Source: a virus | Virus record (IMG/VR): IMGVR_UViG_3300027896_000014 | Span: 81,244-145,243 of that record | Length of the DNA: 64,000 nucleotides | Strand: one strand, 5' to 3' | In this document: piece by piece, positions 39,367-49,454 of the stretch | Position numbering within the stretch: the stretch's first letter is position 1 | Layout: every line of letters starts with the position of its first letter | The notes under the pieces: model-generated | Told to the model about the DNA's origin: nothing | The model's input: only the letters and a program-made list of their open reading frames with translations | The model's database searches: none | Translations under genes and position numbers: made by a program

Positions 39367-40977
39367 TCATCGTCTCCCTTGGCTTTTATGCAATCCGATA
39401 TTGACAGCGTAGGATTGAGCTAATTTTTGGGGCGGCGGCATATCCGCGGGCTTTGTACGCCTTTGCGTAACCATTGAACAATAAACGACCGCCTCACCTT
39501 TGTCGGGGGATCTTCCCAGCCTCCTCTTGAGTCCGGCAATCTTCACCCCATCAGCCCCGATCTTATCCTCTTTTGACTCGATCAGAATCCCCCCAGGAGT
39601 CAACATCCAGAGTGGAGCACATAGATCAGCTTTCAGTTCAGGGTCTGAAGGTAGAGCCACTTTGTCACCCATCAAAGGGTCCAAACTCTCCCGAAATCTC
39701 CACCACATATAGGACCGCATATTACGGAAACGATACTTCTGGGTGGCCTTGTCGGTCTTTCCCTCGAGTCCCTTTGTCCCGCCAGAATCTATTGCAATTA
39801 CTTGTACTTTAACGTTTGTCTTTAGAAAGTCTACCACGGCTCCGCCTACTCCAATTCCATCAACATGGATCGGTGCCCCATCACGCATAGCTTCAATAAC
39901 CTTACCGGCCGCTGATTGGCCATCGGGCGTCTGTACTCCGGGATAGCAGATTAAAGGAGAGTACCAAGTGCCATATCTCGTGGAGATCACGGTTCGGTCA
40001 GTCCCACCTCGAGCCACATCAACCCCTATAGAATCCATGGCCCCCTTCTTCCCATCCTCTTTCCAGCGAGCCTGGGCTGCCTCAACCCATAATGTGGGGA
40101 TGACCTGCCACTCTGAGTCTTTAATACCGGCCTGAAAGTTCCCCTCACGCATTTGGGAACGGAGGGGCTCAGGAGATGCATTGAGCACCACTTCATAGTT
40201 CGTGCCCAGCAAGAAAGGATTATCTTCTAACTTTGAGGGGATAAAGGTTCGAGACATCGGCTTAACCATGACGCCTTTGACCCGGATCGGATTCCCACTT
40301 GGAAGCTCTACGTCCTTCCCATCGATGGTGGTATACCAACGGAGCTCGCCAGGTTTGGCAGGGTGTGGATGCTTTGAATCGATCCAGGGACCCCAAAACT
40401 GGATAACCCACCTTCCTTGTTCGTCCACAGGAGGGTTACCCGTACAAACGATTCGGCAGCGTTGGCCCTGGACGGTTGTTCTAAGCCAAAGGGAAAGGAA
40501 GCGGAACTGATGCTCAATGAAGTTACAAATTTCGTCAAAGCCGAGGAAGTCATGAGGGCGCCCTTGCCATCGTGTCTCATCACCAGGGTCCTTACAGCTA
40601 CCAAATTCTATCTGCCGGTCCGGAAGTCTCCAGATCAGTTGCTGAGAATTCCAACCATCCCGGGTGGCCAAGATCTCTGCCAATCGATCAACCAGTGCCA
40701 CCGTCTGCGTTGCCTCACGCCTAAAGATAATCGACCGCCTATGTTCGGTGAGGCTAAGGCCAAGAAGAAGATCGCTCTTGGACCCGCCGGCAGCTCCCCC
40801 AAAGAATAGGATATCTGCGGGGTTCTCCAGAGCATCCATCTGCGTCCCAGGAATCGGCGTCCACAATGGATGCTTCAGGCTTACCAAAACCTCCCGTTGC
40901 AGATCCTGGAGTTCGTCGGAATTCAACCGCTCTAAAATATGCGAGAGTTCAATTATTTGTTTGGCTGAGGATTGCAA
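39367..40977 (-). CDS. terL: Terminase large subunit
   Basis: Walker A GGAAGGSKS, Walker B FLGFDE, TGNP coupling motif, nuclease GVDVARGG.D and SPD. Confidence 0.95.
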   Translation of the reverse strand: MQSSAKQIIELSHILERLNSDELQDLQREVLVSLKHPLWTPIPGTQMDALENPADILFFGGAAGGSKSDLLLGLSLTEHRRSIIFRREATQTVALVDRLAEILATRDGWNSQQLIWRLPDRQIEFGSCKDPGDETRWQGRPHDFLGFDEICNFIEHQFRFLSLWLRTTVQGQRCRIVCTGNPPVDEQGRWVIQFWGPWIDSKHPHPAKPGELRWYTTIDGKDVELPSGNPIRVKGVMVKPMSRTFIPSKLEDNPFLLGTNYEVVLNASPEPLRSQMREGNFQAGIKDSEWQVIPTLWVEAAQARWKEDGKKGAMDSIGVDVARGGTDRTVISTRYGTWYSPLICYPGVQTPDGQSAAGKVIEAMRDGAPIHVDGIGVGGAVVDFLKTNVKVQVIAIDSGGTKGLEGKTDKATQKYRFRNMRSYMWWRFRESLDPLMGDKVALPSDPELKADLCAPLWMLTPGGILIESKEDKIGADGVKIAGLKRRLGRSPDKGEAVVYCSMVTQRRTKPADMPPPQKLAQSYAVNIGLHKSQGRR

Positions 40978-41121
40978 TAGATATCCCCTATAAGTTGACG
41001 GCCAACAGGAACGATCTCAGAACTCATCTCACTTTGGGTACTATGTCCGGCTTGCATCAGCAGAGGCTATATTTCCCTACTCGGTAATTGATCATTCTTA
41101 TCGACCACTCGACCATTGGCC

Positions 41122-41150
41122 ACCCTACGCATTTGCGTAATACTTGTCTA
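41122..41150 (-). promoter_or_regulatory. Putative promoter upstream of terL with operator in the spacer
   Basis: TAGACA-17-TAGGGT, AT-rich upstream, TACGCATTTGCGTA at 41126-41139. Confidence 0.55.
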
Positions 41151-41380
41151 AAATTATTTTATTTTTAGTTTTACGTTAGGCCACTTCCACATTCCAAGCC
41201 CAACCTTCAATTTCGCCAAAATCAAATTTTGCTCGGTGATAAGTGAGTGAATCATCTTTACCGCTCAACTCTTTATCCCATCCGAGGAATGTCCCTGTCA
41301 TTTCTCCACTCACGCAACAGTCTTCAAATTTGATTAAATATCTTATCCCTATTTGCAAATCTTTAAGTTCCATGATGGTT

Positions 41381-42007
41381 CTACCCATCTTCCCCCTTTT
41401 CCCCCTCAATTTCCTTCTTCCTCTCAACCGCCAGTTTTACCAAATACACTATTTTTGCAGAAAGTTCAAGCGTTGTTAGTACCCTGCCGATCCCCTCCTC
41501 CTCCTCATCCTCGTCCCGGTGCTTCCCGTTGCCGATGATCCCGAGGTGTTTACTGAGAAGTTCGAGGGCTCTAACCTTATCATAGGTACGGACCTTCTTG
41601 GTGTGCCCAATGAGAGTCCGTTTCTTCCCCTTGCCAGTATATTCCTCAAGAACCTCCACACCTGCAACTGCGGCAGCTGCTTCATCTGACCACTCATGAG
41701 GAAGCTTCAAGCTTCCATCTTCATTGTAAAGATTCCGAAGGTCTGAGAGAGCAACTCTGGCAACTTCAGTTAAAACTCTTTCAGAATGGACGCCAATTTT
41801 CTGAAGATGGTGCTCAGTAAGTCTTTCAACCGCAGCCTTCACTTGAGGAACCTTGAGAAGCTGTGACGCCATTTCCCATGCGCTTTGGTCGTCCTTGACA
41901 CGATAGCCAGCTCCCTTTACGGCTTCACCGGCAACCCATCTAACTTTTGGAAGTAAAGCCACAAAAGTCTTCTGTTTTATCGTGAGTTTACGAACTTTGG
42001 TTTTCAT
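41381..42007 (-). CDS. terS: Terminase small subunit
   Basis: LT.KQ..FV...A...AGY....A..LL..P.V; ERVL.E..R.A.SD...L....G.L; DK.RALELL.KHLG. Confidence 0.9.
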   Translation of the reverse strand: MKTKVRKLTIKQKTFVALLPKVRWVAGEAVKGAGYRVKDDQSAWEMASQLLKVPQVKAAVERLTEHHLQKIGVHSERVLTEVARVALSDLRNLYNEDGSLKLPHEWSDEAAAAVAGVEVLEEYTGKGKKRTLIGHTKKVRTYDKVRALELLSKHLGIIGNGKHRDEDEEEEGIGRVLTTLELSAKIVYLVKLAVERKKEIEGEKGEDG

Positions 42008-42136
42008 ATAAGATATCCTTGTAATCACAATTGGGGAAACAGGGAGTTCTGGTCGGTGAGGTATCGTTGGTAGAACCGCCAGTTGCTTTGCTTCCCTTAA
42101 ATAATATCAATATACTCCAAATTGTTTTACTTTAAG

Positions 42137-42760
42137 CTAAATCTGTATCTTCCACTCTTTATCATATCCTGCAATCTTAAAAACCAAAGTGCCAAATTGT
42201 TTATTCACTTTTGCCTGTAAAAGCTCGATGTCACTAAGTTCTTTGTTCGGGCAAATCCAACTACGAAAGATCTGATCCTTATCAACGTGGATCTGAGTAG
42301 ATTCGTCTGACCACTTTTTCGATTTAACCTCTTGAGTTCGCCATTTTAATTCAGTTGGATGGCCTTGCTGCAAGGGAATGCCTGGTTCTATTATAGCGGT
42401 GGATTGTATATCAAGGTTTTGTTGCGTGTCATTTCGAAAGATAATTCTGATTTTAGGCTTGAATGTAACATCTTGTCTTGTAGTATACTCTGGGCGTATC
42501 TCCAATATTGTTAAAAGGATTTTAAACAACGGCTCAGGAATATGCCTTTTGAAAATGTCGTGTAGATATCTTATAAATCCATAAAGAGTGATTCCAAATG
42601 AAACAATAAAAATAACCTGTATTGAGTTCGAGATATAATTCATAATGCTCCCAATTTTAAATTTTTCAATTAGAGTTATTATTCCCGATATCAAATCCCT
42701 GCTCCATAGAAAATCAACCAGTTGCAGTTGATTGCAACTCCACGAGATCTCCGACTGCAT
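42137..42760 (-). CDS. AT-rich membrane-anchored accessory protein (moron-like)
   Basis: Low GC, N-terminal TM helix; start uncertain. Confidence 0.5.
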   Translation of the reverse strand: MQSEISWSCNQLQLVDFLWSRDLISGIITLIEKFKIGSIMNYISNSIQVIFIVSFGITLYGFIRYLHDIFKRHIPEPLFKILLTILEIRPEYTTRQDVTFKPKIRIIFRNDTQQNLDIQSTAIIEPGIPLQQGHPTELKWRTQEVKSKKWSDESTQIHVDKDQIFRSWICPNKELSDIELLQAKVNKQFGTLVFKIAGYDKEWKIQI

Positions 42761-42772
42761 TATTTAAAGGAG

Positions 42773-42802
42773 AAGGCAGGGATTTTTAGCCCTGCCCTTT
42801 TT
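42773..42802. terminator. Hairpin/terminator after the lysis block
   Basis: GGCAGGG-atttttag-CCCTGCC plus T-run. Confidence 0.55.
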
Positions 42803-42925
42803 GTTAATGGTCTTGCTGAACAAATCAGTGTGGACGATTAAGCACCCCCTTAAACGTCCATTACAAGTTAGAAAAAAAATAATTAGAATTGACCTCTTCC
42901 CCTCTGATTGCTTTTGCCCCATTTG

Positions 42926-43369
42926 TTACAAACCCAAAGCCGTAACATATGGCAATATCTTAGCCATTACAGCAGGGAAGAACGTTTGCATGATCTGAGA
43001 CACCCCACTCTTTACCATGCTACCCCAAATCCATCCCCACAGAATAACTGTTTGTCCCATGTCTTGATCTGTAAGCTCCTCGCAAGTAGGAATCCCATTC
43101 ACATCCTTTTTGATACATTTAGCCGCAATGGTGTCAAGAGTTTTAATGTCCGTATCACAGTCACACGGCAGAAGACCCTTAAACTTAACCAGTACGACCG
43201 AAAGAGCACTTGAATTAAGTGGCCATGTAGAGGCAATCTCTCTGGCCGCAATGCGGGTCGTGGCAGCATTTTGCTGATCCATTTGTGCGACATCAATGAC
43301 GGTTTTCTGCCATGCCGCACAGCCCACCAAAAGAAACAGAGCGAGTAAAGAAATCAGGAATAGTTTCAT
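42926..43369 (-). CDS. Lipoprotein (spanin-like candidate)
   Basis: Signal peptide with lipobox LLVG-C; hydrophobic C-terminus. Confidence 0.6.
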   Translation of the reverse strand: MKLFLISLLALFLLVGCAAWQKTVIDVAQMDQQNAATTRIAAREIASTWPLNSSALSVVLVKFKGLLPCDCDTDIKTLDTIAAKCIKKDVNGIPTCEELTDQDMGQTVILWGWIWGSMVKSGVSQIMQTFFPAVMAKILPYVTALGL

Positions 43370-43373
43370 ATTT

Positions 43374-44078
43374 TCACCTCCTTTCAAATGGAATGATGTT
43401 CCCCTCCTCAATCAAAAATCCCTTCAATGGAGATTCATAACCTGCACCGGAATTGTGATTATTTCCAACGTCTTTGAAAGCGTGGGTGTGTCCGTAGAGA
43501 AAATCCCATCCTGGATTTGCGTCTGCAAGTTCCTGTCGCATCTGTTTAACTGCCAGATGTCTATTTGGATTTGAAGGATGAGGAGAGGTTTCTGGGTCAA
43601 TTCCAAGTTTGTCGGCTGCCCTGACAGCGAATCTTCCTATCTTCCAACCCTCGCAATTTGGCCAATCGTAAAGCCAACCATGATCCAGAAATATCTTTTT
43701 ACCAAAACCCTCAAAGACGTAGGCAACCGGACGATCAATTTCTGGAAGATCAAGTCCATCCTTTTCATGGTTTCCAAGAACCCAACAAAGCTCTCCATAA
43801 GAACAGATTGCACTTACTAAATTGGGATGAGCCTTTTCTATGGCTATGGCATCAAAGCCTCTCCAAAGATCGTAGAACTCGCTTCCCAAGAGTGCATATC
43901 CTCTATCCCGATGATCTCTTAAAGTGTCAATAAGTAGTTTTTCATTACCGCTCGACTTGAGAGGGTCATGGTCGTCCCCAGCAGCAGCGTGAAGATCGGA
44001 GAGATTAAGGCATTTCGGAGGTAATGGGAGATGTGGAAGCGTTTTGATTAGATACTCAAACTTTTCTTGAAGGCTCAT
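43374..44078 (-). CDS. Calcineurin-like metallophosphoesterase (LpxH-like motif spacing)
   Basis: SDLH, GNHE, HG, GHTH. Confidence 0.8.
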   Translation of the reverse strand: MSLQEKFEYLIKTLPHLPLPPKCLNLSDLHAAAGDDHDPLKSSGNEKLLIDTLRDHRDRGYALLGSEFYDLWRGFDAIAIEKAHPNLVSAICSYGELCWVLGNHEKDGLDLPEIDRPVAYVFEGFGKKIFLDHGWLYDWPNCEGWKIGRFAVRAADKLGIDPETSPHPSNPNRHLAVKQMRQELADANPGWDFLYGHTHAFKDVGNNHNSGAGYESPLKGFLIEEGNIIPFERR

Positions 44079-44857
44079 GATGTCACCTCCTTTAAATATT
44101 GCTCCAACTTGGGGATATCAAGCGGAGAATTACTCCCAAGCCACTTATCCTTATTGTCTACAACAGCATAAATTTCGTCACAATATTTTTCCAAGAAATA
44201 CCAGCTCATCCACCACTTCATTCCCCATGTCACACATTGAACACCCTCTTTGAAGTAAGCACACAAATAAACGCAGTGTCCACCCCAAGTACCTGGAACG
44301 CCATCTGCCCCACCAATATCATACCAATGGCTCGCAGATTGTAATTGAGAGTAAGCTGAGAGGGGAAGCTGAAGACCGATATAAAGGCCGTTCAGGAGAT
44401 ACATTGCAGCCTTTACCATTTTCAGGTCTTGAACATTTATTGAACCATAGGCATCAATCGTATAGTTCTTTCTGGCCGCCGTCCATCCCTTTTGTCTCCA
44501 CTCATTCAAAGAATCGAGCATGACAAGACCATTATCCTGCCCGCCACTTTCCTTGAAGTATTCGGCCTCAACTTCTTTATCAGAAATCGGGATCACTTTT
44601 CCCTGTTCGTATCCCTCAAATCTCAAGGTCTGATGGGCTCTTCCTGCCATTACACAATCCCCATAAACATCATTCCCAAATATAGGCGTAGGAATTTTCA
44701 GAGACATCAAAGGTTTATTTGTGTCGATAAACCATTTATCGGGTATTGGAGGAAGTACCCTCATAATATCTCTCAACATCAGTGTTCTTGGATCTACCTT
44801 GGCTGGAGCTTTCCCAAGACAAAATTTTGGGTTAGTGTGAATACCTTTTGCCTTCAT
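44075..44857 (-). CDS. Papain-like cysteine peptidase
   Basis: GND.YGDCV.A, GGHCV...Y, VTWG. Confidence 0.75.
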   Translation of the reverse strand: MKAKGIHTNPKFCLGKAPAKVDPRTLMLRDIMRVLPPIPDKWFIDTNKPLMSLKIPTPIFGNDVYGDCVMAGRAHQTLRFEGYEQGKVIPISDKEVEAEYFKESGGQDNGLVMLDSLNEWRQKGWTAARKNYTIDAYGSINVQDLKMVKAAMYLLNGLYIGLQLPLSAYSQLQSASHWYDIGGADGVPGTWGGHCVYLCAYFKEGVQCVTWGMKWWMSWYFLEKYCDEIYAVVDNKDKWLGSNSPLDIPKLEQYLKEVTS

Positions 44858-45870
44858 AATGCATCCTCCTTTCTCTCAAGGAAATACCTTTGGACATCTC
44901 TTCGTAACTGAGGACTTCTGTCGCTTAGGACATAAAGTCCCTGCCAATCCCTCTTTAAATCCGTATCAGGGTTAAACTGACACTTTACCAAAATGTTTTC
45001 TCTGGTTGAATAGTGTCTTTCAGCTTTTGACCCATGCCAGTGATGAAGGCAAACACCCTTTACAACCCCCACATTCCCGCAAATAGCTCTCTCCTGCCAT
45101 AAGCTTTGCTTTGCACGATTCTCCCATTCAAAGAGTCGAGCCGTGAAGCGGGGATGATATTTTCTTTGTAAATAATAATCGAGATGACCAATCAATGCAT
45201 AGGCCATATAACTGTCTCCGGCTCCAAGGATACAGTAGTCAATCAACCCCCCCAACTGATCCCAGGCTTCTCTTCGCATGGCCCACGCAAGACCTGGTGC
45301 TCCAGGATAGAAAGGCTTTCTCTCGATGCCTGGATACGGATAGGGATAAGGATAACCCGTTTTTATGGTATGGATTGTCTTCTCTGGATTTCCGTTCACC
45401 CACCAATCAATAAAGCTCCTAATCGTTCCTTTCAAATTGTAGTCCGAATCAAGATCATGCATTTGAGTCCACATCTGCACAACGGGCCAATGTTGGAGAG
45501 CATGAATCGTCTCATCTGCCCAGTCGGAACGGACGAAGTGAGTATCTGCATCCACCCAGGCCACATAGCTCCAGTCCTGCGGGAGCCTCTGGACTCCAAG
45601 ATTGATAGCATTCTCCTTATACCAAAGCTCATGATGCGTCCTCAGTTGCAGGTGTCGCGGATTGTCGGGTTGCGTGACAGCAAATTCTCTTTCTCCGAAT
45701 GCGATCTCTACCGTGTAGAGGATCGCACCTGTGTTCTCACAGGATAGGCAAAAATCTTCATATAATTTCCAACGAGATCTGTACCTGGGAGAGTTGAATA
45801 CGGTGGTGATAACGTAGAGAGGCTTGCTAATTTTATCTGGTCTTTGGAATAACGTATTGATATGTGCCAT
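44854..45870 (-). CDS. GT-A fold glycosyltransferase-like protein
   Basis: WYKEN.INLG...LP..W.YVAWVDAD; PG.AWA.RR; G.GD; H.WHG. Confidence 0.7.
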   Translation of the reverse strand: MAHINTLFQRPDKISKPLYVITTVFNSPRYRSRWKLYEDFCLSCENTGAILYTVEIAFGEREFAVTQPDNPRHLQLRTHHELWYKENAINLGVQRLPQDWSYVAWVDADTHFVRSDWADETIHALQHWPVVQMWTQMHDLDSDYNLKGTIRSFIDWWVNGNPEKTIHTIKTGYPYPYPYPGIERKPFYPGAPGLAWAMRREAWDQLGGLIDYCILGAGDSYMAYALIGHLDYYLQRKYHPRFTARLFEWENRAKQSLWQERAICGNVGVVKGVCLHHWHGSKAERHYSTRENILVKCQFNPDTDLKRDWQGLYVLSDRSPQLRRDVQRYFLERKEDAL

Positions 45871-45871
45871 T

Positions 45872-46450
45872 TTAACCCCCAAATTTATTCTTAATTCGAT
45901 TCTCATACTTCCATAAAGGCTGTAAATTGCTGTAATGAAAACAAGTTCTCTGTTGTTCTATCTCTTTCAAATTAAAGTGGTAGCATGGAATGACATGATC
46001 TATTTCCCATTCCCCGTAATTTCTCCAAGACATTCCAGTCTTAAACAATTCTTGAAAATGTTGTTTAAGAGCAAATACAGAACAGCCAACCAACTTAAAA
46101 GTTGATTCCGATTTTTGTGTTTTCTGCTGTTGCAACGCTCTCCAAAGCCTTCTTCGCAAATTGTTTTTAATTCTACTGTTTATTTCTTTTCTTTTTTCTC
46201 TCGCAGTTTTAGTATTCCAATACCTTCCTTTCTTCATAAGTTTGTTGGCTCGTTCCATCTCTTTGGCACGTTCTTCTTTTGTAAGTCTTAAACGTCTGTC
46301 TCGTGCCCATTTAGCTTTCCGTAATTTAACTACTTCATCTTTATTCTTTTTTAGAGTACAACATACGCAGTTTCGGCTGGATTTATAGCGTTTGCCGTTA
46401 CCGCACTTTGGGCATTGTTTTCCTATATAAAATAAATTTTGCTTTACCAT
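45872..46450 (-). CDS. HNH-type homing endonuclease
   Basis: LVGCS...LK.H....F..GMSW.NYG.WEIDH..P...CFHYSNLQPLW..EN..K. Confidence 0.85.
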   Translation of the reverse strand: MVKQNLFYIGKQCPKCGNGKRYKSSRNCVCCTLKKNKDEVVKLRKAKWARDRRLRLTKEERAKEMERANKLMKKGRYWNTKTAREKRKEINSRIKNNLRRRLWRALQQQKTQKSESTFKLVGCSVFALKQHFQELFKTGMSWRNYGEWEIDHVIPCYHFNLKEIEQQRTCFHYSNLQPLWKYENRIKNKFGG

Positions 46451-46465
46451 ATAGGATTGATTCTA

Positions 46466-46783
46466 TCAGCCCTCAAAGCTATAAATATGCCAAGACTGTT
46501 CGGGCTTTCCTCCCATGGCCGTCCATTGGGTATGCCAGTAATCCCATCCCTTTACGGGATCACAACGGTTCCCACTTACATCCCAAAAGAAGATGTATGC
46601 AGCCAGACCCAACTGATAGGGGGATAGGGCACTAATACCATCATACGCAGTCAGACCCAACTCAAACAGGATTCTTACGGCCAGTCGTGACTGCCGGACG
46701 AAATCGAGTACAGGTCTTTCCCCTTCGGTGACCATTTGTTGAACTAATGCAGAAATCTTTGACGTAAATTCTACTCTATCCAT
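46466..46783 (-). CDS. Peptidase M15-like protein with substituted Zn ligands
   Basis: R.S......LF..G....DG....SPYQLGLAAY where SxHxxGxAxD is expected. Confidence 0.5.
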   Translation of the reverse strand: MDRVEFTSKISALVQQMVTEGERPVLDFVRQSRLAVRILFELGLTAYDGISALSPYQLGLAAYIFFWDVSGNRCDPVKGWDYWHTQWTAMGGKPEQSWHIYSFEG

Positions 46784-46797
46784 TTTTCTACCTCCTT

Positions 46798-47430
46798 TCA
46801 TTCGATAATCTTGCCAGATTTCAGCCCAGCTTGATATATATGCTCTGGGGCTGTGTTAGAAATATCTACTTCTGAACCAAGAAAGTCTCTATTAGCAGTT
46901 CTGTAACAATATCTTGCAAATTGAGAGCAAAACATACTGTTTCTACCGATGAAGGGATTGGGTTCCCATAGTCGATTAACAGCAATCTTGAGCCAAACTT
47001 CCGCTAAACCAAGAATAGGGAAACTTACCTGCTCATCAACCAATTGCAGAGCTGTGGCCAATACATTGTCCCTCTCCGCTTCTGACAAATTGAAGTCCAC
47101 GACACAGGCTTGATCGGTTTGATTATCACACCAATTTCCTATCCAGTTTTCCTGGACTCCATTTCTTATCTGGGCTGTAGAAGGGTAAATATCAAAACTA
47201 CTTTCAAAAATATGCAGACTTGGGACCATAGAGAAATCATTGGAATCAGGATTATGTCTATCTAACCTCAATCCCCCAAAAATAAGGGCATGACACCATC
47301 GCGAAGGTAGACCATCCAGAGTGAACGATTTCTGTGCCTCCCTAATGGCTCTACCCATCAGATCAGTTGTTCCTACCAAACCGATAGCTCCAGGTTTAAA
47401 ATTTGATGTAAAAAACTCAAGCACATTCAT
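46798..47430 (-). CDS. Permuted papain-like (YiiX/YebB NlpC/P60) amidase
   Basis: PG.I.LV, S.W.HA.I, MFCSQF...CY, P..I. Confidence 0.7.
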   Translation of the reverse strand: MNVLEFFTSNFKPGAIGLVGTTDLMGRAIREAQKSFTLDGLPSRWCHALIFGGLRLDRHNPDSNDFSMVPSLHIFESSFDIYPSTAQIRNGVQENWIGNWCDNQTDQACVVDFNLSEAERDNVLATALQLVDEQVSFPILGLAEVWLKIAVNRLWEPNPFIGRNSMFCSQFARYCYRTANRDFLGSEVDISNTAPEHIYQAGLKSGKIIE

Positions 47431-47597
47431 GGTTTCATTCCTACATTCTTAGATGATGCCCCTAAGTACCCAAGTAGCCCTCCCAAAATCGTGTTAACCA
47501 TTGGAGCGGCTTGCTCTTTTGACATGTAAATCCAGAACGCTGTGATCACTATGACGCCAGCTATTACCAAGGAATCCTTATCAAATATCTTATCCAC
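47427..47597 (-). CDS. Holin-like small two-TM protein
   Basis: My translation MDKIFDKDSLVIAGVIVITAFWIYMSKEQAAPMVNTILGGLLGYLGASSKNVGMKP; RBS AGGAGG. Confidence 0.55.
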   Translation of the reverse strand: MDKIFDKDSLVIAGVIVITAFWIYMSKEQAAPMVNTILGGLLGYLGASSKNVGMKP

Positions 47598-47879
47598 GTG
47601 TCTCGCCTCCTTTCATTGCTCATTCGCTACGGGAGAAGCACTTCAGTTCAAAGCTTCGCCTTGGCATGGTTCCGGATTTTCGCATCCAGTCGAATCAGAT
47701 CCGGACTAATCTTTTCATACAGCGCGAACATTTGAGCAGTGTCTTCCTTATTGCCGACATGGTAAAGTTTCTTCCGCTCGATCCCAAGGAGTGAGATTAT
47801 TAAAATGATAAATCCCCTTTTCCTTGTCATCGTAAAAGTCTCCTTTCAAAAAATTTATACCTCTTTAATTTCCTCATCA

Positions 47880-48308
47880 TTAGCTCTGGAAAACCTCAAT
47901 CCGACTTGGAACATTGAACACGTCGGCGTGAACCCAATCGACCTTGTCCTCGATCCGATTAATCAGGCTAAAAATCTCGTCATCCTTGTGGTCTATAATT
48001 ATCCCTCTCACCTCAACCGCAGACATCCCTTCTACATCAAAATCCATTGCGGCTCCTAAAGAATGGGCGGAGTAAGGGGAATAAATGTTTGTGTCTTTTG
48101 GATTAAGGATTCTTAATCCCCTTTCGGAGAACAGCCCTTTCTCGTGCCAGTTATTCACCGTGATCGGCTTATTAAAATAGTCCCTCATCTTGTCGAGTGA
48201 AATGAGAATGTCGGGGTGGAAAAACTGCCACGCGGCTTCTCCAAATTTAACAAAGGTAGGTTGATCTACGAGTTCAAAGATTCCAAAGTGATGACATTTG
48301 TAAAACAT
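47880..48308 (-). CDS. Endolysin, peptidase M15A
   Basis: F...EL..., LD..R.....P..VN, RGLR, SAH..G.AMD, WVH.D. Confidence 0.8.
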   Translation of the reverse strand: MFYKCHHFGIFELVDQPTFVKFGEAAWQFFHPDILISLDKMRDYFNKPITVNNWHEKGLFSERGLRILNPKDTNIYSPYSAHSLGAAMDFDVEGMSAVEVRGIIIDHKDDEIFSLINRIEDKVDWVHADVFNVPSRIEVFQS

Positions 48309-48329
48309 GGTGACCCGCTATGCCTCCCC

Positions 48330-48451
48330 AAAAAAAGAAAAGGCACACCCATGAATTGCAACTGAGTGCGCCTTATCTACAAAAAAGTCTATTCGGTCTG
48401 AGCGTTTTTATCACTGCCCTAAATCTATACGCAAATGCGTAATCTTGTCAA
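48330..48451 (-). promoter_or_regulatory. Lysis-operon promoter, operator, leader and terminator
   Basis: TTGACA 48446-48451, operator 48428-48441, hairpin AAGGCGCACTCA/TGGGTGTGCCTT plus U-run 48330-48374. Confidence 0.65.
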
Positions 48452-48503
48452 GAAAAATCTTTAGAACATGACCCTCCAAAACCTTCAATTAAAGCTTTCT
48501 CTA

Positions 48504-49205
48504 TCATTGAGGGACTCCTTCTAACCTTTCCAAATTCTTTTTTTGTCGGATCTCAATGCCCTCTTCTCCGAGTGCAGCAATTAACTTTTCGACTTTCCCC
48601 CATGGAGGCTCGACCAAACCATGTCCCTTGCTATCAGCTCCAATGGTGATGAAGTCTGGATTCATCGCCTTAATACATTCAAGAAAAACTTCCAGGTTAA
48701 ACTGCATAATCGGTTCGATGGTTACAAAGATTTTCATTCCAAGTTGACTCAGTTGTGCAATGGTGTCCCCCCTGGATGCAATAGAAGGAGCGTTCGTCTG
48801 AAATCCATTCGGGTATCCGTCTGTTTCTATAGTCGTTCCAAGATAAACAGTGCTTGAATTTCTTAACCAGGGGAGGAATTTTAAGAATCGCGCTGGATTT
48901 TTACTTTGAAAGACATGGGTATTCAGAGGAAACTGGAAGCATCTTCCTAAAACTCGCTCGATCCACTCATCCTCGACCCACGGTCCCCACATATCCCCCA
49001 TCGACCCAACGAAGATAATCCTATCCTTACCCAAATTTGTTGTCAGTTCTTTCTCGTCGAGATAACAGGGAACTTCCCATTTCTTAAATCTATCTATGCT
49101 CTTCACATAGCAGTAAGAACATTCAAATTGACAGCGTCCCTTGATTGGATTCCAAGTAAAATCGACCCACGGATACATATTACCCTTTGATTTGGTTAAC
49201 GCCAT
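48504..49205 (-). CDS. DUF5131 (Gp37/Gp68) radical-SAM-like protein
   Basis: TWNPI.G.CQFECSYCY, IFVGSMGD, QSKNP, GTTIE, IEP. Confidence 0.85.
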   Translation of the reverse strand: MALTKSKGNMYPWVDFTWNPIKGRCQFECSYCYVKSIDRFKKWEVPCYLDEKELTTNLGKDRIIFVGSMGDMWGPWVEDEWIERVLGRCFQFPLNTHVFQSKNPARFLKFLPWLRNSSTVYLGTTIETDGYPNGFQTNAPSIASRGDTIAQLSQLGMKIFVTIEPIMQFNLEVFLECIKAMNPDFITIGADSKGHGLVEPPWGKVEKLIAALGEEGIEIRQKKNLERLEGVPQ

Positions 49206-49449
49206 AATACCTCCTTCTTTTTAACAGGACCTCAATATGATCTCTGGTTAAAGAATGATGGTCATTAGCTCCCAAGTATCCTTCCACGGTTTCCCGCAAC
49301 ATTTGCTCCCGAAAGCTTTTCTTCAGCATCTCTTCTACCAATCGTTGGTTGGATAGGCTGCGTTTATACTCTTCCCAATAGGCAAGAATCTCTTTACGGG
49401 AGAGCTTTTTGCCGATTTCGCGGGCTTCTTCTGTGTTCTTAGGTATGAG
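49180..49449 (-). CDS. Hypothetical protein
   Basis: RBS directly after operator 49467-49480; start uncertain. Confidence 0.5.
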   Translation of the reverse strand, partial: LIPKNTEEAREIGKKLSRKEILAYWEEYKRSLSNQRLVEEMLKKSFREQMLRETVEGYLGANDHHSLTRDHIEVLLKRRRYYGVNQIKG

Positions 49450-49454
49450 CAAAG

